Shown here piece by piece: positions 41,029 to 48,847 of a stretch of DNA of 64,000 bases. The notes under the pieces are model-generated. The model saw only the letters and a program-made list of their open reading frames with translations. It was not told where the DNA came from and ran no database searches. Source of the DNA: an uncultured Pelagibacteraceae bacterium (GTDB lineage: Bacteria > Pseudomonadota > Alphaproteobacteria > Pelagibacterales > Pelagibacteraceae); NCBI GenBank assembly GCA_902542235.1, contig CACBTT010000002.1, positions 15,926 through 79,925 on the forward strand, in the 5' to 3' direction. Numbering within the stretch: position 1 is the first letter of the stretch; each line of letters opens with the position of its first letter. The translations under genes and the position numbers were made by a program.

Positions 41029-42436
41029 CAATCATTTTCTCCTTATCAAATGTGATTTGAGTATTTTCAGATTTTTTCCATTCATCTCTAGATAAATTTT
41101 TTGATGTTTCTTCTAAATTTGGGACTAATTTTTTTATAGTAATTTTATTATTTTTAAATTCATCATCCCCACAAAGAATTACAGCTGGCGCTCTTCTTTT
41201 ATCAGCATATTTTAATTGAGATTTCAAACCTGATTCTCCTAGATAAACTTCAGATCTTATATTTTGATTTCTAAGCTGTGATAACATTTCATAATAATTA
41301 GAGAGATATTTTTTATCTAAAACACATATTATTATTGGTGAATTATTTTTTAACTCGATTTTGTTTAATTGAACTAATGCGTATAACAAGCGATCAAGGC
41401 CTATGGAAACACCTGTTGCAGATAAGTCTACTTTTTTAAATCTTGAAACTAAAGAATTATATCTTCCACCTCCACCAACTGAGCCAAACTCCACCTCTTG
41501 GTTTTTTTGATTTTTGACTTTAAATGTTAAATTTGCCTCAAATATTGGGCCATCATAATATTCAAGCCCTCTAATAACTTCAGGAGAAAAAATTATTTGA
41601 TCAAAATTAGATGAATAATTTAATCCATCTAGTACTTTATTTAATTCATCAGCACCATCCTCAACTAATTTATTTGGTATAACTGACCTAATTTCATCTA
41701 AAGATTTCATATTTATAAAACTAACTATTTCTTCAGCTTGATTAACTGAGAGGTTTGCACCAACAGTTTTATCTCCAGATTTGTCTTCACGTCCCGTTGT
41801 AAGTAATTGTTTAACGCCATCAGTTCCAACTCTATCAAGTTTATCAATAGCTCTTAAAACTTTAAGCTGTTGTATATCATCTAAAATTTTTAAATTTTCA
41901 ATAAGTCCTTGAATTAATTTCCTGTTACTCAACTTAATTTGGTATTGATTTTTTTCCAAGCCACAGAAATTGAATGTGTCGGCTAAAAGATTACACATCT
42001 CAGCATCTGCTAAAGGATTATTTGATCCAATAATGTCACAATCGGCTTGAGTAAACTCCCTAAATCTCCCAGGTCCAGGTTTCTCATTTCGCCATACATT
42101 TCCTATTTGATATCTTTTAAAAGGATTAGAAATATTTAAGTAATTTTGAGACACATATCTTGCTAGTGGCGCAGTTAAATCATAACGCAATGATATCCAG
42201 CTATCGTTTTCTTCTTGAAAACCAAATACACCAGAGCTTGGCCTATCTTCATCAGGTAAAAATTTACCTATATTTTCTGATATTTCAAAACTTGGAGTTT
42301 CCAACTTAGAAAAACCAAACTTTAAAAAATTATCTTCAATCTTAGCAATTAAATTTTCTTTTAATGCTAATTCATTACCGTATCTATCAACAAAACCCGA
42401 TGGAGGATTAGCTGACAATTTTTTTTCTTTAATCAT
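41006..42436 (-). CDS. hisS: Histidine--tRNA ligase
   Basis: LRYDLTAP, WRNEKPGPGRFREFTQ.D, RGLEYY, GGGRY, C-terminal anticodon-binding domain; start placed at MIKEKK (the longer ORF reads through tRNA-His). Confidence 0.95.
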   Translation of the reverse strand: MIKEKKLSANPPSGFVDRYGNELALKENLIAKIEDNFLKFGFSKLETPSFEISENIGKFLPDEDRPSSGVFGFQEENDSWISLRYDLTAPLARYVSQNYLNISNPFKRYQIGNVWRNEKPGPGRFREFTQADCDIIGSNNPLADAEMCNLLADTFNFCGLEKNQYQIKLSNRKLIQGLIENLKILDDIQQLKVLRAIDKLDRVGTDGVKQLLTTGREDKSGDKTVGANLSVNQAEEIVSFINMKSLDEIRSVIPNKLVEDGADELNKVLDGLNYSSNFDQIIFSPEVIRGLEYYDGPIFEANLTFKVKNQKNQEVEFGSVGGGGRYNSLVSRFKKVDLSATGVSIGLDRLLYALVQLNKIELKNNSPIIICVLDKKYLSNYYEMLSQLRNQNIRSEVYLGESGLKSQLKYADKRRAPAVILCGDDEFKNNKITIKKLVPNLEETSKNLSRDEWKKSENTQITFDKEKMIDEIKKLI

Positions 42437-42440
42437 TTTT

Positions 42441-42517
42441 TGGTACACGGGGACAGATTCGAACTGTCGACCTTCGGTTCCACAAACCGCTGCTCTAACC
42501 AACTGAGCTACCCGTGC
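42441..42517 (-). tRNA. tRNA-His(GTG)
   Basis: Cloverleaf GCACGGG...TTGTGGA anticodon loop...TTCGAAT...CCCGTGT-A-CCA. Confidence 0.95.
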
Positions 42518-42567
42518 TCCTTTTATTGTTTTATACTAAATGTGGATAAAATTAAATTTATAAATAA

Positions 42568-42720
42568 TTAAATAGCTAGCATGCAGCCAGCATGAAAATG
42601 ATGTCTGTGAGTTTTTCTTCTTATAATTACGCTTTCAGTCATTGCTGTGTTAGTAGCATTTTTTTTTTGAAATGCAAGTGAGAAAAGGCTTTGCACAGGA
42701 ATAGCTATGTTTTTTAACAT
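42568..42720 (-). CDS. Unannotated 50-aa ORF with His-rich C-terminus (possible leader peptide or structured RNA)
   Basis: Translated by hand: MLKNIAIPVQSLFSLAFQKKNATNTAMTESVIIRRKTHRHHFHAGCMLAI*; preceded by AGGAATAGGAT. Confidence 0.45.
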   Translation of the reverse strand: MLKNIAIPVQSLFSLAFQKKNATNTAMTESVIIRRKTHRHHFHAGCMLAI

Positions 42721-42761
42721 ATCCTATTCCTATACAAATATTTTTGATGAATTAAATTATA

Positions 42762-42974
42762 TTAACCTAATTTTTTCAAATTTACAGCGCTTGGACCTTT
42801 TTCGCCGTCTTGGATTTCAAATTCTATAGCATCGTTTTCATTCAAGAATCTTAGCCCAGCTTCTCTAACCGCGCTTGCATGAACGAAACAGTCTTTTTCT
42901 CCGTCTTCTCTTTCAATAAAACCGTAGCCCTTTTTACCGTTGAACCACTTCACTTTGCCTTTTAATGTACTCAT
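42762..42974 (-). CDS. cspA: Cold-shock protein
   Basis: GKVKWFN, KGYGFI (RNP1), FVH (RNP2), KGPSAVNL. Confidence 0.93.
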   Translation of the reverse strand: MSTLKGKVKWFNGKKGYGFIEREDGEKDCFVHASAVREAGLRFLNENDAIEFEIQDGEKGPSAVNLKKLG

Positions 42975-43089
42975 ACTTTAGTTACTCTTTCTTTGTTATT
43001 ATATAATTAGCTATAAATAGCAATGGGATTGGTATTAGATTTTAATTTTGAATGCAAGCATAATGATGAATATTAATACCACACGGGTG

Positions 43090-43165
43090 TGGTGGCTTCG
43101 GCGGGACTCGAACCAGCGACACAAGCCTTTTCAGGGCTCTGCTCTACCAACTGAGCTACGAAGCC
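43090..43165 (-). tRNA. tRNA-Phe(GAA)
   Basis: GGCTTCG-TAGCTCAGTTGGTAGAGC, anticodon loop CTGAAAA, TTCGAGT, CGAAGCC-A-CCA. Confidence 0.95.
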
Positions 43166-43168
43166 GTA

Positions 43169-43384
43169 TTAAGATCTAAAAACTATACGACCCTTTGATA
43201 AATCGTACGGAGAAACTTCTAATTTTACTCTATCACCTTGTAAAACACGAATACGATTTTTTCTGAGTTTTCCTGCTGTGTGAGCTGTAACGTTATGACC
43301 ATTGTCTAGTTTGACTCTAAACATAGCATTAGGAAGAAGATCTGTTACTACACCTTCAAACTCCAACGTATCTTGTTTACTCAA
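43169..43384 (-). CDS. infA: Translation initiation factor IF-1
   Basis: [35 protein letters not shown]; TTG start. Confidence 0.97.
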   Translation of the reverse strand: MSKQDTLEFEGVVTDLLPNAMFRVKLDNGHNVTAHTAGKLRKNRIRVLQGDRVKLEVSPYDLSKGRIVFRS

Positions 43385-43388
43385 ATTG

Positions 43389-44651
43389 TTATCTCCTCAT
43401 TCTTGATCTTATACTTAAAGCATGACCATATAATTCTTCATACTCAGCGAGATGTGTAGCGGATTCTCCTATTTTCTCAACACCTTTTTTAGATAGAGTT
43501 ATATAGCTAATTTTTTTATAAAATTCGTTAACATTCAATCCTGATGCAAACTTTGCAGATCCAAAAGTTGGTAATACATGGTTTGTTCCTGCATTGTAAT
43601 CAGTAACTGCCATGGGAGAATATTTACCAACACAAACACTTCCTACGTTGATTACTTTATTAATTATTTTATTTGGTTTTGAAATATTTATTTCTAAGTG
43701 TTCTGGAGCTATTTCGTTTATTGAATTAATTATATCTGAATTTTTTTTTGCAAATATTGTCAAACCATTATTTTTTAGACTTTTGTAAGCTATTGATCTT
43801 CTTGGTAATTTTTTTATTTTTTCTTTAATTTTTTTTTGAAATTCTTTTATCAATTTTAAATCTTTTGAAATGAGAATACACTGTGAATTTTCATCATGTT
43901 CTGCTTGACCTATCATTGATGTCAGCACATCTTCTATTTTAGTTTTATTGTCTGCTAAAATTGTTATTTCTGAAGGACCGGCTACCATAGACTCTATTCC
44001 AACCTGACCAAATAATTCTTTTTTAGCTGCGGCAACAAAAATATTTCCGGGCCCAACAATTTTATTAACTTTTTGAATATAGGCTAAACTTGCTATAGCC
44101 TGCGCACCACCCATTGAAAATATTTCATTAATTCCAACTTTCTGAGCAGCATATAAAACAGCTGGATTTAATTTTCCATTAAGCTTAGGGTTGGCCAAAA
44201 CAATTCTTTTAACACCAGCAATTTTCGCGGGTATAGAATTCATAAGTAATGTTGAGGGTAAATTTGCAGGAACATAAATTCCTACTGACTGTAATGGAAC
44301 GTACTTATAAGACAGCTTATTGTTATATATATCTTTATAAAAAATATTTTTTTTCTGTTGTTTTTTATGAAAATTGAAAATCCTTCTGTAAGCTAAATCA
44401 ATTGATTTTTTTATTTTTTTATCTAAAGATTTAATTGAAGCTTTTAGCTCATTATCCCCAATTTTTATCGAATTGTTATTGCTAAATTTTTTTTCGTATT
44501 TTAATAATGCTTTATTCTTGTTTACTTTTACATCCTTTAGAATTCTTTTTACTATAGTTGTATCAATATTTTTTCCAGATCTCCTTAAATCTAAAAAGTT
44601 AATTAATTTTGTTTGATAATTTTTACTTTTAGTGTCTAAAAACCTAATCAT
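43389..44651 (-). CDS. hisD: Histidinol dehydrogenase
   Basis: [38 protein letters not shown]. Confidence 0.95.
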   Translation of the reverse strand: MIRFLDTKSKNYQTKLINFLDLRRSGKNIDTTIVKRILKDVKVNKNKALLKYEKKFSNNNSIKIGDNELKASIKSLDKKIKKSIDLAYRRIFNFHKKQQKKNIFYKDIYNNKLSYKYVPLQSVGIYVPANLPSTLLMNSIPAKIAGVKRIVLANPKLNGKLNPAVLYAAQKVGINEIFSMGGAQAIASLAYIQKVNKIVGPGNIFVAAAKKELFGQVGIESMVAGPSEITILADNKTKIEDVLTSMIGQAEHDENSQCILISKDLKLIKEFQKKIKEKIKKLPRRSIAYKSLKNNGLTIFAKKNSDIINSINEIAPEHLEINISKPNKIINKVINVGSVCVGKYSPMAVTDYNAGTNHVLPTFGSAKFASGLNVNEFYKKISYITLSKKGVEKIGESATHLAEYEELYGHALSIRSRMRR

Positions 44652-45036
44652 TTTTAATTTTTTGATCCTCCAATGTTACATCGATAACTTCTGTGGACAG
44701 TGTTATAATTCCATTTTTTGAAAATAACAGAACTATTTCAAAATTTTCTTTTTTTTTAAAAATATCAATTGCGAATAATTCTAAAGTTAAATCTACATTG
44801 GACTGGTTAATGTTTTTAGACTTGGAGCTTTCAATAAATTCAAATTTTACAACACTATTAATAGATTTGCCACTATCTCTTTCCTTATCTATTCTTAAAA
44901 GGGAAAGTAGAAAAATTTTTGTAGATGGCAAATATTTTATTTCAGAAATTTTGACTTTAGACTCTGCGCATATTGCTGATATAATTTGTAAGTCGTCTGG
45001 AGATTGAGCGATTACTTTCTTTAAAAAATTATTCAC
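44644..45036 (-). CDS. DUF2948-family protein
   Basis: DLQIISA, EVID..LED; conserved position between murA and hisD. Confidence 0.8.
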   Translation of the reverse strand: MNNFLKKVIAQSPDDLQIISAICAESKVKISEIKYLPSTKIFLLSLLRIDKERDSGKSINSVVKFEFIESSKSKNINQSNVDLTLELFAIDIFKKKENFEIVLLFSKNGIITLSTEVIDVTLEDQKIKND

Positions 45037-46298
45037 TAAGATATTCTTTTTATTTTTACTCCAATTTTTTTTAATTTATTTTCAATTTTTTCATAACCTC
45101 TATCTAAATGATATACTCTATTTATGATAGATGTTCCTCTTGAAATAAAAGCTGCTAAAACCAAAGCTACTGATGCCCTTAAGTCACTAGACATTAACTC
45201 GGCTCCCTCTAAATTATTAGTTCCTTCAATAATTGCCTTGTTACCTTTAATGTTTATTTTTGCACCTAACCTTTTTAATTCTGGAACATGCATAAATCTA
45301 TTTTCAAATATATTTTCTTCAATGGTGCTTTTCCCATTTGCTTTAGTTAATAATACCATAATTTGAGCTTGCAAATCAGTTGGGAAGTTTGGATATTCTC
45401 CAGTTTTTAAAAAATTCAAACTTCTAATTTTTTTTGGTCCCTTAATTTGAATTGTATTTTTTGTGGTTTTTATCTTTGCGCCAATTTTCTTAAGTAAATT
45501 TATCTCTGTATTGATAATTTTTGGCTCAAAGTTTTTAATTTTTAAGTTTCCACCATTCAAACATGCGGCAACACAAAAAGTGCCTGCTTCAATTCTATCA
45601 TTCATGATTGAGTAAGTTATACTTTTTAATGTTTTAACACCCTCAACTTTTAAAGTTCTTTTACCAATCCATTTGATCTTGGCTCCCGCTGTTTTAAGAA
45701 AATTTGTCAGATCCTTGATCTCAGGCTCTATCGCACAATTCTTTATTGTTGTTGTTCCTTTTGCAAGACATGCAGCAAGAATTGAATTTTCAGTAGCTCC
45801 AACTGATATTTTTGAAAATCTTATTTCTGAACCAATTAATCCCTCTTGAGCTGTTGCATTAACATATCCTTTTTTAATTTGTATTTTAACACCCAACTTT
45901 GATATAGCTTTTAAATGTATATCTATTGGTCTAACTCCTATACTACAACCGCCTGGGCTACTTACTTTTGCTTTTTTATTTTTTGCCAATAAAGGGCCAA
46001 GAACTAAAATTCCTGCTCTCATCGTTTTAACGAGAGAATAAGGTGCAAAAAAATTATTTTTTTTCCCTTTTGAAATCGTTGCAATTTTTTTATTATTTTT
46101 AAAGCTAATTTTTCTTCCTAGTGATTTTAGTAAATTAAGCATTGTATCAATATCTTTAACTTGTGGAAGATTTTTAATTGTTACATTTTTATCGAAGAGT
46201 AAAGTTGCAGCAAGTATTGGAAGAGCAGCATTTTTACTTCCAGAAATTGAGACCTCTCCTCTGATCTTAGAGGGGCCATTAATTTTAAATTTATCCAT
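45036..46298 (-). CDS. murA: UDP-N-acetylglucosamine enolpyruvyl transferase
   Basis: SGSKNAALP, PGGCSIG.RP, FPTDLQAQ, FENRFMH, HLDRGYE. Confidence 0.97.
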   Translation of the reverse strand: MDKFKINGPSKIRGEVSISGSKNAALPILAATLLFDKNVTIKNLPQVKDIDTMLNLLKSLGRKISFKNNKKIATISKGKKNNFFAPYSLVKTMRAGILVLGPLLAKNKKAKVSSPGGCSIGVRPIDIHLKAISKLGVKIQIKKGYVNATAQEGLIGSEIRFSKISVGATENSILAACLAKGTTTIKNCAIEPEIKDLTNFLKTAGAKIKWIGKRTLKVEGVKTLKSITYSIMNDRIEAGTFCVAACLNGGNLKIKNFEPKIINTEINLLKKIGAKIKTTKNTIQIKGPKKIRSLNFLKTGEYPNFPTDLQAQIMVLLTKANGKSTIEENIFENRFMHVPELKRLGAKINIKGNKAIIEGTNNLEGAELMSSDLRASVALVLAAFISRGTSIINRVYHLDRGYEKIENKLKKIGVKIKRIS

Positions 46299-46299
46299 T

Positions 46300-46854
46300 T
46301 TAAATTTTGGGAAGCGTTACCCCTTTTTGGCCCATATATTTTCCATTTCTGTCAGCATATGAAACGTCAGGTTTCTCATTCCCTTTTAAGAATATAAATT
46401 GAGCCACACCCTCATTCGCATATATTTTGGCTGGTAATGGAGTTGTGTTAGAAAATTCAAGTGTCACATGACCTTCCCATCCTGGTTCTAAGGGTGTTAC
46501 ATTAACAATTATTCCACATCTTGCATAAGTGGACTTACCTAAACAAATAACTAAGACATCACTAGGAATTTTAAAATATTCAACTGTTCTTGCTAAAACA
46601 AACGAATTTGGCGGAATAATACATTCATCAGATTCTTTTGTTACAAAATTTGTAGGTTTAAAATTTTTTGGATCTACAATTTCAGAGTTAACATTAGTAA
46701 ATATTTTAAACTCATTAGATACTCTCGCATCGTACCCATATGAAGAAACGCCAAATGAAATTTTTCCTTCCCTTATTTGTTTATCTTCAAATGGTGAAAT
46801 CATTGCTTGTTCTTTCGCCATTTTGATTATCCACTTATCTGATTGCACTGACAT
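46300..46854 (-). CDS. dcd: dCTP deaminase
   Basis: [29 protein letters not shown]. Confidence 0.95.
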   Translation of the reverse strand: MSVQSDKWIIKMAKEQAMISPFEDKQIREGKISFGVSSYGYDARVSNEFKIFTNVNSEIVDPKNFKPTNFVTKESDECIIPPNSFVLARTVEYFKIPSDVLVICLGKSTYARCGIIVNVTPLEPGWEGHVTLEFSNTTPLPAKIYANEGVAQFIFLKGNEKPDVSYADRNGKYMGQKGVTLPKI

Positions 46855-46956
46855 TTATTTATTTTTTTTATTTTTTCTTTGAAAAATTTTTCTTTTTCTT
46901 AAGTTTTTACGCAATGCTTCTTCGAGTTTAGCTTTTTTATCCTTCTTCCTGTCCAT
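46855..46956 (-). CDS. Unannotated 33-aa basic protein
   Basis: Translated by hand: MDRKKDKKAKLEEALRKNLRKRKIFQRKNKKNK*; fills the gap and its stop abuts the dcd ATG. Confidence 0.65.
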   Translation of the reverse strand: MDRKKDKKAKLEEALRKNLRKRKIFQRKNKKNK

Positions 46957-46960
46957 TTGA

Positions 46961-47158
46961 TTACTTTTTGTCTGGATTGGTAAGGTGATCCAAAGTTATT
47001 ACTTGATCGATTGGTAATGTTTTATCCTCTGGACTTTTTGGGTCACCTTGTTTAGCTATTTTTTTTGCTCTTTTTTCAGCAAGCTTTTTTTCTCTTTTAG
47101 CTTGCTTCTCCATAGCTTTAGCTCCTCTTGTCGATTTATAATCGTAGTGAATTCCCAT
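46961..47158 (-). CDS. Small Lys-rich hypothetical protein
   Basis: 65-aa ORF with upstream AGGT; co-oriented at the head of the dcd-murA cluster. Confidence 0.7.
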   Translation of the reverse strand: MGIHYDYKSTRGAKAMEKQAKREKKLAEKRAKKIAKQGDPKSPEDKTLPIDQVITLDHLTNPDKK

Positions 47159-47252
47159 ATCATTTACCTATTTTAGATATAACCGATTTTTGTAAAAAAT
47201 TAAGGCATTTATTTGAAAAAAACAATTTTATACACTAATTATTATTAAAAAT

Positions 47253-47327
47253 GCCCTTGTAGTTTTAATGTTAAAACAGGCCCTTGGTAAGGGTCAGTTA
47301 CGAGTTAGATTCTCGTCGAGGGCACCA
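47253..47327 (+). tRNA. tRNA-Thr(GGT) with atypical D/T loops
   Basis: GCCCTTG/CGAGGGC-A-CCA acceptor stem, GGCCC-TTGGTAA-GGGTC anticodon arm, ACGAG-TTAGATT-CTCGT T arm. Confidence 0.88.
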
Positions 47328-47328
47328 G

Positions 47329-48045
47329 CTATTTGTAGAATTTTTTTCTGATTATAAATCCAATTAAAACGAGGATTATCATACCAATTATTGGTACATA
47401 AATATCTGGAGTTAAAATTATGTCAAAAATACTAGGAAGTTGTTGATTAGTATCAATAACTTTATTTAGGCCTGCACCAAGTGAAGCTCCAACAAATAAC
47501 TGAGGTGTCATTCCAATAACAGATCCAAAAAAGAAGTTTCTAATCTTAACATTAAATAATGTTGGCAAAATGTTTGATATAAAAAAAGGTATACCACCAA
47601 CAAATCTATATATCAGAAAAAAAGTAAATTCATTTTTTTTAAATTTTTCGGTAAGATTAGAAAACTTTGATGAAAATTTTTTTTCAATTAGATCTTTAAA
47701 AAAATAATTTGCACAAATATATAGAAGTGTTGCGCCTAAAGATAAAGCGAATACTATAAGGATTGTCCCTATCCATTTTCCAAATACAAATCCTCCAACT
47801 AAAAAAACTGGTGAACCAAATCCTAAGAGCATAACCCAAATAATCACTCCAATAAAAAATAATATGCTAGCAATTAAAAGATTGGAATTTTTGATATCAT
47901 TCAGTTTATCTCTATTATTTTTTATAAGTTCAAAACTTGAAAAGTCATCAAATGAGAAATAGCTAAAAAAAAGCAACAAAAAGCCAGTAACTATGGAAAG
48001 ATATATAATACCGAGAATAATTTTTAATTTATTTTCATTTTCCAT
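47329..48045 (-). CDS. DedA/TVP38 (VTT) family membrane protein
   Basis: Multiple TM helices, GGFVFG, LIYRFVGGIPF..SN, FFFGSVIGM.P. Confidence 0.85.
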   Translation of the reverse strand: MENENKLKIILGIIYLSIVTGFLLLFFSYFSFDDFSSFELIKNNRDKLNDIKNSNLLIASILFFIGVIIWVMLLGFGSPVFLVGGFVFGKWIGTILIVFALSLGATLLYICANYFFKDLIEKKFSSKFSNLTEKFKKNEFTFFLIYRFVGGIPFFISNILPTLFNVKIRNFFFGSVIGMTPQLFVGASLGAGLNKVIDTNQQLPSIFDIILTPDIYVPIIGMIILVLIGFIIRKKFYK

Positions 48046-48129
48046 TTTGTTCTAATTTATTAAAAATCGCTGTACTTATATACATTAAATTGTATAACTA
48101 CCGAAATTTAACAAAAAAGAAGCCTTAAT

Positions 48130-48264
48130 ATGAAACGTACATATCAACCTAGTAAAAAAGTGAGAAAAAGAAGGCATGGTTTTAGGTCTAAAATGAAGAC
48201 AAAAGGTGGAAGAAAACTAATAAGAAGAAGAAGAAGTAAGGGTAGAAAAAAACTCACTGTTTAA
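48130..48264 (+). CDS. rpmH: 50S ribosomal protein L34
   Basis: Translated by hand: [44 protein letters not shown]. Confidence 0.97.
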   Translation: MKRTYQPSKKVRKRRHGFRSKMKTKGGRKLIRRRRSKGRKKLTV

Positions 48265-48605
48265 TGCAGGTTAAATTAAAAAGTTTATCCAAAAATGAGG
48301 ATTTTAAGTTTATTTTAAATGGTAAAAAAATTTCAAATAGATATTCAACAATTTTTTACAGGAGATTAGAAAATAAAAGTAATAGATATTTTAATATAAG
48401 TTTTATTACAAAAAAAAAGATTGGTACAGCTGTTATAAGAAATAAAATTAAAAGAAGATTAAGAAATATGATGAATGAAGCTATAAAAAAAATTAAAATT
48501 AATCTTAACTATAGTTACTTATTAATTGCTAGAAAATCTGTTTTAGAAGATGAATACAATTTTATTAAAATAAAACTTTTTAGTGAATTAAAAAAAATTA
48601 GATAG
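48264..48605 (+). CDS. rnpA: RNase P protein component
   Basis: KKKIGTAVIRNKIKRRLR (RNR motif); follows rpmH. Confidence 0.93.
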   Translation: MQVKLKSLSKNEDFKFILNGKKISNRYSTIFYRRLENKSNRYFNISFITKKKIGTAVIRNKIKRRLRNMMNEAIKKIKINLNYSYLLIARKSVLEDEYNFIKIKLFSELKKIR

Positions 48606-48607
48606 TT

Positions 48608-48847
48608 ATGATTAAAAAAGGATTAATATATTTAATTAAATTTTATAAATATTTCATTTCACCAGCTCTGGGTAATAATTGTAGATATCTTCCAACCTGT
48701 TCAGAGTATTTTATTGATAGTTTAAATGAATATGGTGTTTTGAAAGGTTGTTACAAAGGCATTAAAAGAATTTTAACTTGTCATCCTATAAAATTTTTGG
48801 GCGGAGGACATGGATATGATCCAGTAAAGAAAAAGAATATTAAATAA
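48608..48847 (+). CDS. yidD: Membrane protein insertion efficiency factor
   Basis: ISP...CRYLPTCSEY, RILTCHP, G.DPV. Confidence 0.95.
   Translation: MIKKGLIYLIKFYKYFISPALGNNCRYLPTCSEYFIDSLNEYGVLKGCYKGIKRILTCHPIKFLGGGHGYDPVKKKNIK

Noticed and set aside
42437-42502. N-terminal extension of HisS (MVRAAVCGTEGRQFES...)
   Set aside because: It is a translation of the tRNA-His gene; ATG 42436 is the sensible start.
42441-47327. tRNA genes as integration sites for an island or prophage
   Set aside because: No integrase and no duplicated tRNA 3' end were seen; the flanks are housekeeping genes.
48070-48085. CTGT-N8-ACAT upstream of rpmH resembling an SOS box
   Set aside because: It is an imperfect match to the gammaproteobacterial LexA motif; alphaproteobacteria use GTTC-N7-GTTC, and rpmH is an unlikely target.
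48046-48129. Possible oriC next to rpmH-rnpA-yidC
   Set aside because: No dnaA/dnaN or DnaA-box cluster is present; the spacer is only 84 bp.
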